Below, in pieces: positions 12,994 through 32,954 of a stretch of 64,000 bases of DNA (position 1 is the first letter of the stretch; every line of letters starts with the position of its first letter). The DNA is from Salpingoeca rosetta (Eukaryota; Protista; Choanoflagellata): positions 755,526 through 819,525 of the forward strand of contig JAWQFM010000012.1 of assembly GCA_033442325.1 (NCBI GenBank), given 5' to 3'. Position numbers and translations under genes: made by a program. The notes beneath the pieces were generated by a model. That model saw only the letters and a program-made list of their open reading frames with translations, was not told the DNA's origin and did no database searches.

Positions 12994-13928
12994 CGTGCGT
13001 GTTTGTGTGCGTGTGTGTGTGTGCGTGTGTGCTTGTGTGTGTTGTGTGTGTGTGCGTGTGGATTGTGTATGTTTGTGAATATGCCACGTGCCATGTGTGT
13101 GTGTGAGAGTGCGCTGTCTTGTCTATCAGTTCATGGCCGAGCCTTCTTTTGTTCCCTTGTCACCAGATGCAAGTGTTCCAGACGCTTGGCATTTGGATGG
13201 AGACTCTGGAAACGCCAACGTCCAAATGTGCGTTTGTGTGCATCTGCACGTGTGCGTGTGTGGTGGATCTCTGACTGCGTGCATTTCGCGTGTGCAGTGC
13301 GCTGATGCACACGCTCCCGTTGTTTTTGCTGTGCAGGGTATCTCATGTCGCGCAACTACATCAACGACATCATATCGTGCCAAAGCATCAACTTGGATCA
13401 CGAGGAGGTACGACTCTGTGTGTGTATATGCGTGTGCGCGTGTGTGTGTGCGTGTGTGTGTGCGCGCGCGTGTGTGTGTGCGTGTGCGTGTGTGTGTGCA
13501 AAGGCTGGTGAAACAATTTGCCCTTGTGCAGCCTAGCTGTAGCCTAGCTGTTTGCGTGTGTGTGCGCGCGCTTGCAAGCACTGTTTGGGAGCGGGTTGAC
13601 AGAAAAAGGAGGTTGTGCGCGTGTGTGTAGGTGCTTGGATATTACATTTCCTTGTTGAAGCTGCTGGCGTTGAAGCTGAGCCCAGACACCATCCTCTTCT
13701 TCCGCAACATGGTCAGCAGCATGCAACGTGTGCACGTGCCTTTGTCTGTGCGTATGTGACCATCGTTGTCCACGCAAGGCGCTCTTGCACGCTGCAGCAC
13801 ACCTTTGCTTGATGCTGTCGCTGTCACATCCCAGTCACACCGACTGCTATTAACGCATGCATGTGTGTCTCTCGTGCGTATCATGTGTGTCTCGTGTGTT
13901 TCGTACGTTTTGTGTGTTTCGTGTCGGG

Positions 13929-13963
<35 letters not shown>

Positions 13964-16900
13964 TGTGTGTGTGTGGGTGGGTGCGTGCATGCATGTGCGT
14001 GTGGGTGCGTACGCGTGTTACGTGCATGTGACGTGCGTGTTGTGGTGCAGCAACGAGGCGACTTCCCTCTGTTCACGCAGGCCATCAAGCTGTACAACCA
14101 CGACAACACCATGGTGCGCATCGCTGTCAGGAACATCACGCTAATGGCATTCAGAGGTCAGAACAGCATGGGTGTGCGTGCATACATGCTGTATGCCAGG
14201 GTGTACATGTGCAGGTGTGTGTGCACACACACATGTGTTTGTTATTCTAAGTGTGCGTGCACGAGGATACTTGCACGCACTTGTGTGGGTGTGTCGCTTC
14301 TGTCTGTCTCTGCGTTCCATCTGAACCATCTCGTCATTGACTAATTATAACGTCACCACCACCACCACCACCACCACCGCGATCACCACCGCCGCCGCGA
14401 TCACCGCCTGTGCGCTGCAGTGCGGGAGGCGACGCTGGAGGACTGGCTGGCGACTGTGGCTGCACCGCCGTATTTCGCCACCATCATGTGGACCGTTGGC
14501 AACACCTCGTTCCGTCTCAACGAATGCATCGCCTGCGATGACAGGTCCGTCCACAGTGCGTGTGTGTTTGTGCGTGCGCGTGTGTGTGCGTGTGTGTGCG
14601 TGTGTGTGCGTGTGTGTGCGTGTGTGCGTGTGTGTGCGTGTATGCGTGTGTGTGCGTGTATGTGTGTGCGTGCGCGTGTGTGTGTTGTCTTGTGTGCACG
14701 TGTTTGCGTGCGTGCGTGTGTCAACTTCTTTGTGTCTGTGCACACCAATGAAGCCAACTTCTCTGCACCCATCACTCCTCCCCACGACAATCAATCAATC
14801 ACCACCGCCAGTGCTGCTGCGGCGAGTCTTGTGGCCGAGCACCTCGATGCGTTTCAGTACATGGACGAGGTCATGGGTACAGCCCACCCCGCTGTTGTCG
14901 CTGTTGTCCGCCGCTGCGCCCTCTCCAATCTCCTCCTCCCCCTCCATGTCGGCAGCCTCGCTGCTCGCCACGGCCGCAAACAAGACCAGTCCACCAGCAG
15001 TGGTGGTGATGATCATGACGACGATGGTGACCAGGTGCGCATCACAATCGTGTACGCGCGCGTGTCGTGTGTGTGTGTGTGCTTGAGTGTGTGTGAATAC
15101 CTGGCGCCCAAAGACCTCACTTCTTCCTCACCCCCCCCATCACTCAACCACACCCACTTCCACACACATGCACACATGCACATGTGCACACATGCCCACT
15201 TCTCTCAACAGGTGCTGTCGCCGGGCGTTTCGCTCTTCATCCTCGCGCAGGCCCTCTCCACCTTCCAGGACAAGGAGGTGCAAACTCTTTGTGCGTGCGT
15301 GTATCTGTGCGTGTGTATGAGTGTGCATGTGTGTGTGCGTGTGCGTGTGTATGTGTGTGTATATGAGAGTGTGTGTGTGCATGTGTGTGTGCGCGTGTGT
15401 GTGTTTGTGTGTGTATTGAGGAACATGCGATGACCATCATGTGCGATGTGATTGTGTCATGTCTTAAATGTCCAGCGCCTTCAAGCTCACGTGTGGTCGC
15501 CGTTGTGTGTGCTGTTGTCGGTGTTGGCTTGACCAGCTGTTGAGGGCGATTGTGTGCACACTGCTCACGGGCATACCAGACTGCGATCACGCCGACGAAG
15601 GTACGCACACAGTGTATCACATACATACACACACGCACCCAGACGCACACCCACCACCACACACACACACACACACACACGCACGCACACACACGCACAC
15701 ACACACATACACACACACGCACACACACACACACACTTGCACGACGTGGCCTTGCGATGACTCACTCTTGTCTTCTCTGATGGCTCTATTGTTTTCTTTT
15801 CAGACGCATCGAAAGCAGCAGAATCATCACATACGCCTGAGAAGGACAGCGAAACGCAACAGCAACAGCGGCAACAGCAGCAGTGGCAGTGGCAGCATCA
15901 ACAACGCGAGCAGCAAGACGGGCAGCAAGTGTCGCCTCCATTCTCCACACCATCAACCCCACCCCTGTCACCCATGACAGCATCCCCAGCACGTGCACGC
16001 GCCGTTCGTGTTGGATTTCTTCGCCGTCCAAAGGAGGACATGAGCACGCTCCTCTCTGGCTGGAGCAGCGGGTATCATCCGGACCCAAAGACCGGCGCAC
16101 CCGTCGCGTCGCCAGGCACAACACGCAGGGGACGCACCCGCAGCGATGGTGATGGTGATGGTGATGATGATGGTGATGGTGATGGTGATGGTGATGGTGA
16201 TGGTGGCGATGATGTGAAGAGGGTTGAAGAACAACTGGGTGCACTGAATGTCGGAAAACCTGTTGGCAATGACGATGATGATGGTGATCATGATGGTTGC
16301 GGTGATGCGAGTGACAATGCAGCCGTGGGGAGTGAGAACGGCGCCTCCAATGTCGGCTATGGCGACAGCTGCTTTCAAATGCTGCTTCGAGCCCTCGAGT
16401 GCATTCCAGACGACAGGACCGCACTGCCGGCGCTCTGTTGCCTGCAGGCATTACTGGAGCAACAGCAGAATGGGCTGGTTCCAAATGCATTTCAGGCCAA
16501 AGGGCTGGTCCTGCCAACACCCGACTGCAACGTTGGCGACTACAACCAGGTGTGGAAGGCTTTCAAGGTCGATTGTGCATGCGTTTGTGTGTAAACTTAA
16601 ACCTAGTGTGGACTGCAGTTCGGTGAGTTGGTGCTGTGTGTGCATGGAAACGAATATGCAACAGCTGTGTTGCTTAGTGTCTCATCTGTGTGTGCGTGCA
16701 TGCGTGCGTGTGTGTAACTCGTTTCTGCTGCCCAGGATCTCGTTGGTGAGATGGTGCGCATTGTGCGGCGAGCAGCAACGTAAGAATTGACCTCACAGTA
16801 ATGTGTGATGTGATGTGATGTGTGTGTGATGTGTGTGTGTGTGTGATGTGTGTGTGTGTGTGTGGCAGTTCCGCATGTGTGCTCGTGTGGCCTTAGATTG

Positions 16901-17576
16901 CGGGCCTGTGCGATGCCGTTGTGCTTGTTCCTCACAACTCACTCCTGTTGTCCACCTCCACCATTCTAACAATGCTGCTGCTCATGGTGGTGCTTGGCGA
17001 TGGGCAGGGTGGATGCAAAAGTGCGGCTGATCACGCTAACGATGGCGGCGCGCCTCATACATATGCTCGTCACCTGTCACGTCGATCCCGATGCACAGCA
17101 GCAGCAGCAGCACCAGCAGCAGCACCAGCAGCAGCACCAGCAGCACCAGCAGCAAGCGGCGAAGATGGATGGCGACAGCAGGTTTGAATGCACGTGTGGG
17201 TGCTGAGCTGCGTTGCGTAATTGCGTAGTTGTGTTGTTGCGTTGCTGCGGTGAGGTGCGGTTGCATGGCCTCTAGTTTCAAGTGCGTGCATGCGATTGTG
17301 CTTGCACACACGCTCACACATGGTCCGGTTTTGTTGTTGTTGCGTGTTTGTGTTGCGTGTTGTCGTCATTGTATGGGGTGTCACGCCAGGGTGAGCCAGA
17401 AGTGCTTCATTATCGACAACCACCGCCATCTCATTTCACAAGCGCTGTCTCAAAGCGCAACGCAGCTCAAGGTGCGAAGCGGAAGGAGGCGTAGTTGATG
17501 TGATGATGAGATGATTTGTGCTTAGCCACCACGCATGTGCACGTTCGCGCAGACAGACAGACGAACAAACAAAAGC

Positions 17577-17650
<74 letters not shown>

Positions 17651-18355
17651 CCCTCCTCTGCCTTTCATTCACACTTGTGCTACTGCTGGTGGTGGTGGTG
17701 TCGTGCTTTGGTGTTGGATTGTAGGATTTCCTGACGGTTGAAATCACGCGGGGACAGCGCAAAGCGAAGGACTTTGTGGAGCTGTTTGAAGGTCGGTGAT
17801 GTATGCTGCAAGGCAGTGCACCCAATGGTGCCAACGTTTTGTTGTCACACATGTGTGCATGCGTGTTTGTATGCTACCACATGTTTGTCGTGCCTCGACT
17901 AACACGTGAGCTCACACTCAACGCGCCATATCACCAATCACCGCCACCATAACATCGACAACGACGACGACGACGACGACGATCACCACAACCATCAGCC
18001 GAACAAAAGCGGATGCAGCCACTGCGACTGTCGCAACTTCTCAACAGCGCAACAGTTATGTGCAGACCCGAATCCCTCAATTCCCCGGCCGTCGCCTTTG
18101 AGATGAAACTTCCAAACACAGAGGAGGAACGCAAACTCAAGAGCATACAGGTGTGACACGTGTGCATGTGTGTGTGTGTATGTGCGACAGTGTGTATGTG
18201 TGAACGTGAGTACATGCGTTGAAACAATTCTTATCAGAGGGCTGTGCCGTGTCTCTCACACTCTGTGTCTGTCTGTCTGTGTCTCTGTGTGTGTGTGTGT
18301 GTGTGTGTGTGCGTCTGTGTCTGTCTGTGTCTGTCCCTCTCTGTCTCTGTCTCTG

Positions 18356-18427
<72 letters not shown>

Positions 18428-19040
18428 CGTCTCCCCTTGTCTTTGACACCGCATTGCCGCCCGCTGCAGATATTTCTGCTGCTGCGCAAACTTCATCTCG
18501 ACATGCGGAATGAGAGCGAGACCCGGCTCCCGCTCGCCCGTCCACCACACGCCGTCGCGCTCAGAGAAACAATGTCCATTGGTGAGGTGGTGATAATGGC
18601 GATAGTGGTGATGAAGGTGGTGGTGCAAGTGATTGTGGTGGTGGCGGTTGTTCTTTGGGATGGATTGTCTGTGTCATGACATTTCTTTGCTTGGGTTGTG
18701 CACATGCGTTGAGCACCACAAGGAGGCGCGCGCGCACTCACACGCTTGCACTCGTGTGTGTGTGTGCTGGCAGACAATGGCGAGATTATCACGTGCGAGT
18801 GTGTGTTCAAAGAGAACGGGCAAACGGTCAAGCAGAACCGCGTCCTTCTGGTTGATGAGTGGCGATTGTTCTTGCTCGTGCCAGACATGCGAAACCTCAC
18901 CCAAGGCATCGTCAAGTGAGTGCATGCAGCCCGATATGTGTGTGTATGTGTGTGTGCGTGGAATAGCACTGGAGAACGAGCTTGGTCCGTGGCTGTGAGT
19001 GGTCGTGTTTTCATACTTGTACACACACGTTCACACACGT

Positions 19041-19112
<72 letters not shown>

Positions 19113-19418
19113 CCGCTGCAGGTTTGTGGCTGATCTTGGCAGCATCCGCTGCGAGCGGGTGAAGAACAACACGCGCTGCCTGACGGTGAAGGTGGAGGAG
19201 CAACCTCGATTTGCCGATCGCGATGCAGACAAACTCGTGCTCTTCTCCTGTCAGTGCTTCTTCCAGGACAACATCAGCAGCCTCACCGCATACCAGGTGC
19301 CCAGCCGTGGCGGTGTGTGTGTGTGTGTTTGCGTCTGTGATGGTATGTGTGTCTATGTGTGTGTGTGATGTTGAAGATGGCATGGCCGACTCCACAGCAG
19401 GTTTCACACACACACACA

Positions 19419-19478
<60 letters not shown>

Positions 19479-19777
19479 TACACACACACGCCTTACTTGC
19501 GCGTTCACATCCCCTTCGTCGTTCCACAATACGTCCACAGTTCATCAACGAAGGCCGAAAGAATCTCGAGACGAAGAAGTTGGGGTCCCTGCAGCGGCTG
19601 CTGTCTGACTTGTCGCAACTGAGACGACAGCTGGCGTCACCAACGCCGCACACGCACGCAGGCACAAGTGGCGACGATGAGCGTGGTGACCAGGACCAAG
19701 GGAGCCTTGTAGAAGCTGTAGCCAGCGGTGGTGGTGGTGGTGATGATGGTGACGGCGATAGCCATGTTGGGAAGTGA
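12480..19777 (+). CDS. CLEC16A: CLEC16A/GOP-1/TT9 family protein (N-terminal FPL domain), multi-exon
   Basis: [26 protein letters not shown]; [12 protein letters not shown]; [18 protein letters not shown]; [28 protein letters not shown]; C-terminal RFVADL...CLTVKV...FINEGRKNL. Confidence 0.9.
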
Positions 19778-20265
19778 GGCTGCTTGACACCTGAACCGCG
19801 ATGTTGTGCCCTGGTTGACGCACAGCGTGGTGATTGCGGTGTTCTCGTGTGTGATGCCAGGTGGAGGACAGGTCCTGTGTTTGCACAATGTTTCATATCA
19901 GGGGTTGCAGCACTTGGTTGCTGTCCACTCAATTCTGGTCTTTAGTGCTTGACATAAAGCGTATGAAGAACACACGTTGATATTGATAAGCAATGTGCAC
20001 ATGTCGTCATGGTGGCGTGTTTACTAATTCACGCGGGTACAATTGCTTGCAGGCAAGAAGCACGCAGTACCATGTGTTCTCTGCATGCACGTGTGCGAAA
20101 AAGTGTGAAAGTGCGTGTGTGCTTGCTGTGTGTGTGTTTGTTTGTTTGTTTGTGTGTGTGTGTGTGTTTGTTTGTTTGTTTGTGTGTGTGTGTGTGTTTG
20201 TTTGTTTGTTTGTGTGTGTGTGCTTGCTGTGTGTGTGTGTGTGATAATGTGCACTCGACAGCACG

Positions 20266-26059
<5,794 letters not shown>

Positions 26060-26395
26060 ATCGGGCGGTTGCAGCAAGGGCAAAATTGCCTTCTGATTTA
26101 AAGTCAATTTTGCCTTTAGCATGACTTCGCAACAAACACTGTCGCTATGGGCGGATATGGCTGTGGTGGTGGTGGTGGTGATGATGGGCTGCAACTGCAC
26201 AGCACCAAGGTGCGTTCGCGTTTGTTTGATTTGCCGTGCAGTGAGTGCTGGTTGAGAGATTGATTTGCGCAAGCTGCGCAGCCATGCGATGTGCCCCAAA
26301 CCGTTCCCTGCGTTCACAACGCACACCACGCAACGCCTTACAATCAGATCGCCTTGGAAACACCCGTGCACGTTGTCGCCGCGAGGGACCGGGCG

Positions 26396-29086
26396 ATGGA
26401 GATCCAAGAGGCGTTTACCTTTCACATGTCGCCTCAGCACGGCTCTGCGAGGGGATGCGTCGCTTATGCCAGCCGCGCATCAGTGTCAACATCCGCAGCA
26501 GCGGCGGCATCCTCCATCCCGTCTTTGCCTTCCATTGCTCCGCGAATAAGGGGTCTCAGCTCTTCCACTGCAGCCACCACTCGCTGGAGACCCACACCGG
26601 CCACAACAACAGCAGTAGCAATGACGTCGTCCACGGCTGCCATGGCATTTACATCCAAGTCGTTGCTCACATCACGGTCAGCCGCCGTGCCGGCGAGACC
26701 GCAGCGCCAACACCCTCGGCCCCTGGCCTCTGCACTGCACTTGACGTCAAGGCGCCTTGAGACGACGGCAGAGGATGATGACATCGAGGAGGTGATGCGG
26801 CAGCAACAGCTACAGCAACAGCAGCAGCAACAGCAACAGCTACAGCAATATCAGCGCTCGGTGTTGTCGAAGTGCCGGATGCATCGAAGTGCAACCTATC
26901 CCGTCAGTGGCCAGCCGAAATCAGCCAGAAGGGAGCTCGCATCAGCCACAACTCACACCAGAGAGCAAAATGAACACGACGAAGCTCGCCGCCACCACCA
27001 CCATCACCATCACCACCATCACCGTCACCACCGTCGGCGGTATCAGCAAAGTCGCAAGAAGCACCAGGAACGAGAAGGTGCACACAGCGCACCATCAGCT
27101 GCGCAGCGGAACCCGCTCACCAACAACAATGTTGATGATGTTGATGACGAGGATGATGAGGGGGACGAGAGTGCAGCAGACGCAGACAGCAGCACGCGCG
27201 CGCGTGCGGGCAGTGGAATGCGGGTGCGGAGCGCGAGAGCCAGGAGCAGCATCACTCATGCCAACACTGTCTCTGCACCTGCCGTGGACGTATTCGAGGA
27301 TGCGGGGTGTGCAGGGAGTGTGCATGCCACCACGTCCCTGCTACAGCCGCGGCCGCCAGCCACAAAGCGCCCGAAACGCCTCAGCCAGCGCCAGGCGAGC
27401 GGACCCACGCGCGGTGACATCTCTCCACTCAAGCGAGGTCAGTGTATACGTTTGTGTGTTGTGTGTGTGTGTGTGTGGTGTGTGCGATGTGTGTGTTTAT
27501 GTGTGGTGTGTGTGTGTGTGGATGTGTGTGTGTGTGTGTGTGTGTGTGGATGTGTGTGTGTGTGTGTGGATGTGTGTGTGTGTGTGCTGCGTGGATCTAT
27601 GTTATGTGCAAACTGAGGAGACTCGGTGCTATGTTTTGTGTTGGATCGTCCCTGACAACCTTTGTTCACCTTCCATCGCACATTTCAGCGTTTCGCGCGA
27701 GATCTATTCGTCACACTTCAACCGGTATGACGCAACCGCACGAACGTGCTGTCTCCCTCCTGCATGTGTGTGTGTGTGTGTGCACGATTCTCCTCGTCCC
27801 CTGCTCTCTCTCTCTCTCTCTCACACACACAAACAACACACTCACACACTCACACACACACTCACACTCACACTCACACGCACTCACACCATATCATGCA
27901 TCCCACCTCGCCCTTCTTCGCCAACTGCAGCAGAGACGGTGAAACCGGCGCGAAAGCGGTACTTGATATTGGGCCACAAGGATGCAATCACAGTCGACCC
28001 CGACAAGTCAATCACAAACCCGCCAGGTAAAGGAGGAGAAGGGTGGGTGGGGGGGGCATGATGTGGTTTGAGGGTCAAAAGAACGTGATTCGGGAGACAC
28101 TGTGCTACTCTGCTCATTCATATGGCACAACCGTGGCATGCAACCACATTATCTGTACGCTGCGTCCTTCTCCTTTGAGCCAATCCATCTCTCCACTCCC
28201 TCACTCATTCACTCACCAAACACGTTGCCACACATGCATGCATCAACCGCACTTGTGTGCATGTGTGTGTGTGCATGTGTGCGTGTATTTGTGTGTGCAG
28301 GCACGCCTGTTGAGGGTACATACGACGTGCTCATGTATCCCTCCATGCGCAACGTGCAGAGCCAGGTCTATGTCACGCGCAAACTGAAGCAGATAGCACA
28401 GCAGCGGCAGCGCGAGGCAAAGCGGACGCAGCAGCAGGCAGAACGCACCGCCCGCGAATACCAGATGCATCAAGGTTCATTGCTGGGTGTGCGTGTGTGT
28501 CTATGTCTGTGTACGTGTGTGTGTGTGCGTGTCTGTGCGTGTCTGTGTGTGTACGTGTGTTGCGCGCGCACACACACACTCTCTCTGTGGTTGTGTGTTG
28601 GAGATGGGGTTGTTGTTGCTGTCTGTGATTGCTGGGCCTTGTTGTGTGTGCGTCTGGTGTTGCTTGCATGCAACACTTTCAACGTATGCCTTTGTGTACT
28701 GTGCTCCCACCTCCTCCCACCCAACACTCGCACGCACACACGCCCTGGCAGATGAGGCTGAGCGGGAACGACTGCTGGTTGAGCAGCGGGCGCGGATCTA
28801 CGCCTTCAACGCCGTCATGTCTGCCCTGGAGCAGCGCAACTTTCAAGAGTACTGCCGACAGCGGGCGGCGAGCGGAGACAAGGCGCCCAGGTCATGGCGG
28901 GACGTGGAGATGGAAGATGGCGAAGGTGAAGGTGAGCGTGACACTGGAAGAGGAGCCGCTGACGGTGTCGGTGTCGGTGCCAACAACGACGGCGACGACG
29001 ATGACGATGACGATGACGAAGATGAGGAGGAGGAGAAGGAGGATAATGAGGGGGAGGATGAGGAGGAGGTGGAAGGTGGAAGGTGA
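26396..29086 (+). CDS. Largely disordered protein with C-terminal SVBP/CCDC23-like helix and acidic tail; exons about 26396-27437, 27689-27724, 27931-28026, 28301-28474, 28752-29086
   Basis: Consistent phase-1 splicing; motif EQRARIYAFNAVMSALEQRNFQEYCRQ resembles the SVBP core [27 protein letters not shown]; start codon uncertain. Confidence 0.7.
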
Positions 29087-29512
29087 CGGAGGGAAACACG
29101 CAGACGCACAGCATGCATGAGTGCATGATGGCGGATGACGCTGTCATGTACCGAGTGTGAGTCATGTACCGTTTTTTTTTTTCTATTGGGCTTTGTGGGT
29201 TGTATATTCTATTGTTCTATTGTGTTACTACATCTTGAACGACTGTTTCATTCGCTTTCATCAAACAAAAGTTGGTAAGTCAACCGAGGCACCGCCACCA
29301 TCATTTCAGTCAACTGCGCACAGACATGTGGGACTGTGACTCGTAAGGCATGCGTGAGTGAGACGTGTGAGATGTGCCAACAGCATAGCGTTACTACACT
29401 TTGTGCTGTCGGTATCCGTTGTTTTGTTTCGGCTGGGGCTCCACAAACACCAAGCACAACAAGCACAACACCACCACACACCACCACACACACCACCACC
29501 ACCCCGACCACG

Positions 29513-31031
29513 ATGTTCAAGAAGAAGCAGACGCTTGTGCGCCGCGGCAACTTTATGACCGCGCCCGAGGGCGGTTGGTTGCACGATGAACAAGCACTCG
29601 CACACGGCTCTGGCATCTACTACTCGTTCCCAGTCAAGGTACGCGCGTGTGCTTGTCTGGTTGGGGAGAGACAGTGGGGTTTTGCTTTGCTTTGATTTGT
29701 TGTGGCGGATGCAGTTGTGATTGCGATGCCCGATCTCCGGGTGGAACTGGCCCTTGTCTTGTGTGTCATGTTGCTGTCGTTGTGTGGCGTGTCATTGTCA
29801 TTGTGTGGCATGTTGCTGTCGTTGTGTGTCATGTTGAGTCTGCACTGCGTGTCGGCGTTCCCAGTTACCTTTTATCCCCCCCACTCTTCATCAACTCCCT
29901 TATGCGCTCGTCCACACGCTCGTCACTCCCACTTTGGTGGTGTTTGCTTGCACCTCTAGTATGTTGGCAGTCTGCAGATCTTGGAGTCGCTCCGTGCCTT
30001 GAGCATGGAGGACAAGACCAACGTTTGCCGGTGCGTCCGCAATCGCCAGCGCGAGGAATTCTTGCCCTCACCTCTCATTTTTTCACTGGCGCATCTGGTT
30101 GTCTCTTTCCCTTCTCTTGTATGTCTTCTCCTCCTCTCACCCCGCATGCCGCACCTGCTTGCCGTTCTCCAGCGAGGCCATTTACCGCTGCATCGACTCA
30201 TCCAAGGTCATCAAGCCAATCAAGCGCAAGAAGAAGAAGTTCATGAAGCAGTACCTCGCAGGTACGCACTTACATGTGTGTGTGTGTTTGTGTGTGCGCA
30301 ATGGCATGCCCTGTGTGAGGTCCTTGAGGTCTTGGATGCATCGACGATTCACGTGATGACCGTTGATCTGCTTATCATTTCCGTCACTCCCTGCTCCCCT
30401 CGACCCTTTCTCCCCTTACCCATTCCAATCCTTGCTCCTTCCTTGTCCCTCCCCGCCATCCTCCCTTCCTCTGTGCCTGCAGATGCGCCCTACGTGAAGG
30501 TGATGCTGCTGCGCCTCAACGTGTCAACAGATGGCATTGCCACAAGCGCCGTCGACACCCCAGACATCATCTCCAATGATCCCATCTCCAAGATCTCCTT
30601 TGCTGCCGGCGGCGATGGAAAAGCGTACAACTTCATCACATACGTTGCAAAGGATCGACGCGACAACCGCTGTACGTCGTCGTCGTCGTCGTCGTCGTCG
30701 TTGCTGCGTACTGTGTTTGCACGTGCATATGCACATGCACGTGTGTGGAAATGTCTTGTTCACGGCAGGACTTGAATGCTTGCCTGTTCTCCATTCGTCA
30801 TTGCTGTATCTTCTTCAACCCACGTCCGTGCAAACCTATCATCATCACCATCCCCACAATCACTCACGCACACATACACACCACCACCACCGCCGCCGCC
30901 AGACTGCCACGTGTTTGACTGCGGCCCGCTTGCCGATGATCTCCTCGCCACACTCGGCCAAGTCTTCAACATCCTCAGGGTCCGTCTTCCGTGTGACGTT
31001 CGTGTTGCGTGCGTGCGTGCGTGCGTGCGTG

Positions 31032-31073
<42 letters not shown>

Positions 31074-31486
31074 GCTCGTCCTGTGTGAGTTTGATGCTTC
31101 TCATTTGCTCTGTTGTTTTGGTTTCTTTTCATCTCCCTTCCTATTCTGTCGTCTTCCACTCTCCCCTTCCCTCACTTTGAACCCACTGCATATATGTGTT
31201 CATGTTCACGTGCGTATATATCATCTATGTGTGCGTGTGCGTGCGAGCAGAAGAAGCGCGATGGCGGCACCATGACTGCGCCTCCGCCACTGCCGGCCAA
31301 CCACCCAACAGCAAAGAATGCACACCTATGCGGTGTTGCTGCGTTGCAGGCTGCACCCAAGATCGACGAGCCGCAGGACGCGGACAACGTCTACGGCGAA
31401 GCGAGTGCGTGTTCACCCATTGGGACCCAGAGTGACAGCAGATGCACGAGAGGAAGAGGGATGTGCTTGTATTGTGCGTGTTTTGT

Positions 31487-31527
<41 letters not shown>

Positions 31528-31663
31528 TGTGTGTTGTGTGTTTGAAGGAGGAGAAGAAGAAAAGTGCGATGACTACTCAACGCATGTTTCTTTGACTGCG
31601 TCTTGGCATGATGTACATGCACTCCACCCCCCTCCCACCTACACGCATTACATTGCTCACCAT

Positions 31664-31747
<84 letters not shown>

Positions 31748-32553
31748 ACCACCATCAGTGTATGAGACGATGGCAACCAACACGGCTGTTGGGGAAGCGT
31801 CATCGTCAAGCAAGTCCGACACCCTCTCCGTCCCCATTGCTCGCGAAGTCTTCAAATGTACGCTATCTCCATGTGTGACATGTCGCATTCTCTGCTTCCT
31901 TGCATGTGTAGGCGCCTGTGTGCGCATGCGTGTATGTATATGCGTGTGTGTATTGCTGCTTTCGCTGTTGTTCATTTCCCAACGAAACGACACAAGGAGC
32001 ATTGTCCTTGTCCAAACACACACACATACACGCATACACGTACACACGCATACACTCACACATACATACACACATACACGCACCGCCTCACGCATGTCCA
32101 CTGTGTGCTCGATTTGACGTGTGCTGTTGGTGCATAGATGAGGATGGTGACGACACGTATGAAGGGATGGAGGAAGCAATGCCGGCACCGACGAAAGCAC
32201 AGGCCATGGAGGTGAGTACGCTGCCTGGTGATCCCGGTTGCATGTGCTCACACCCACACTCACACCCACACTCACACGCCAAAAACAACTTACACTCACA
32301 CGCACCCGCTCACACTTTGCCCTCACACACCACCCTTGCTCTCTTTCACACTCCACACACCCACCACCACAACACGGCAACCCCCCTCCCCCTCCTCCAA
32401 TCCCACCATGATGACCACGCCAGCTGTACGCTGAGATGTATGGCGAGGTGCAGTCTGGCGCGCAGTTGGCCGAGTTCCTCAACGACGACACGCGCGTCCA
32501 CTCCAACTCCCTCTACGGCGAAGTCCCAGAGGACACCGTTTATGGCGATGGAC

Positions 32554-32650
<97 letters not shown>

Positions 32651-32954
32651 CGTTTTGATGAGTGTCATCCTCCTTCTTCGATGTTGCCATCTCCCCATTT
32701 CTTCCTCGCTTTCCTCGTGTTTGGTCCCTTCTTGTCTGCGTGCCTGCCTGTGTGGTGCAGCTGAAAGCAGTGCTCAATCATGCTTCTGATAGTTGTACCT
32801 GCCTGTGCACATCTCCATCGCCAATGCCATCACCCCATCTCCTCACCTCAACACGCACACCCCTCCCACCACAATGCAGGTTGGCTGGTCCTATCTCTCT
32901 GTGGCGCCCGATGACGACACCTACGGCACCCTAGCCGACTACATTGCAACCTAA
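29513..32954 (+). CDS. Shc-type PTB-domain adaptor/docking protein with Tyr-rich tail and no SH2
   Basis: GGWLHDEQ...YSFPVK-YVGSLQILESLRAL...REAI...ISFAAGGDG..NFITYVAKD...NRYCHVFDC..LADDLLATLGQVF aligns with the Shc PTB; tail ends ...YLSVAPDDDTYGTLADYIAT*. Confidence 0.88.
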
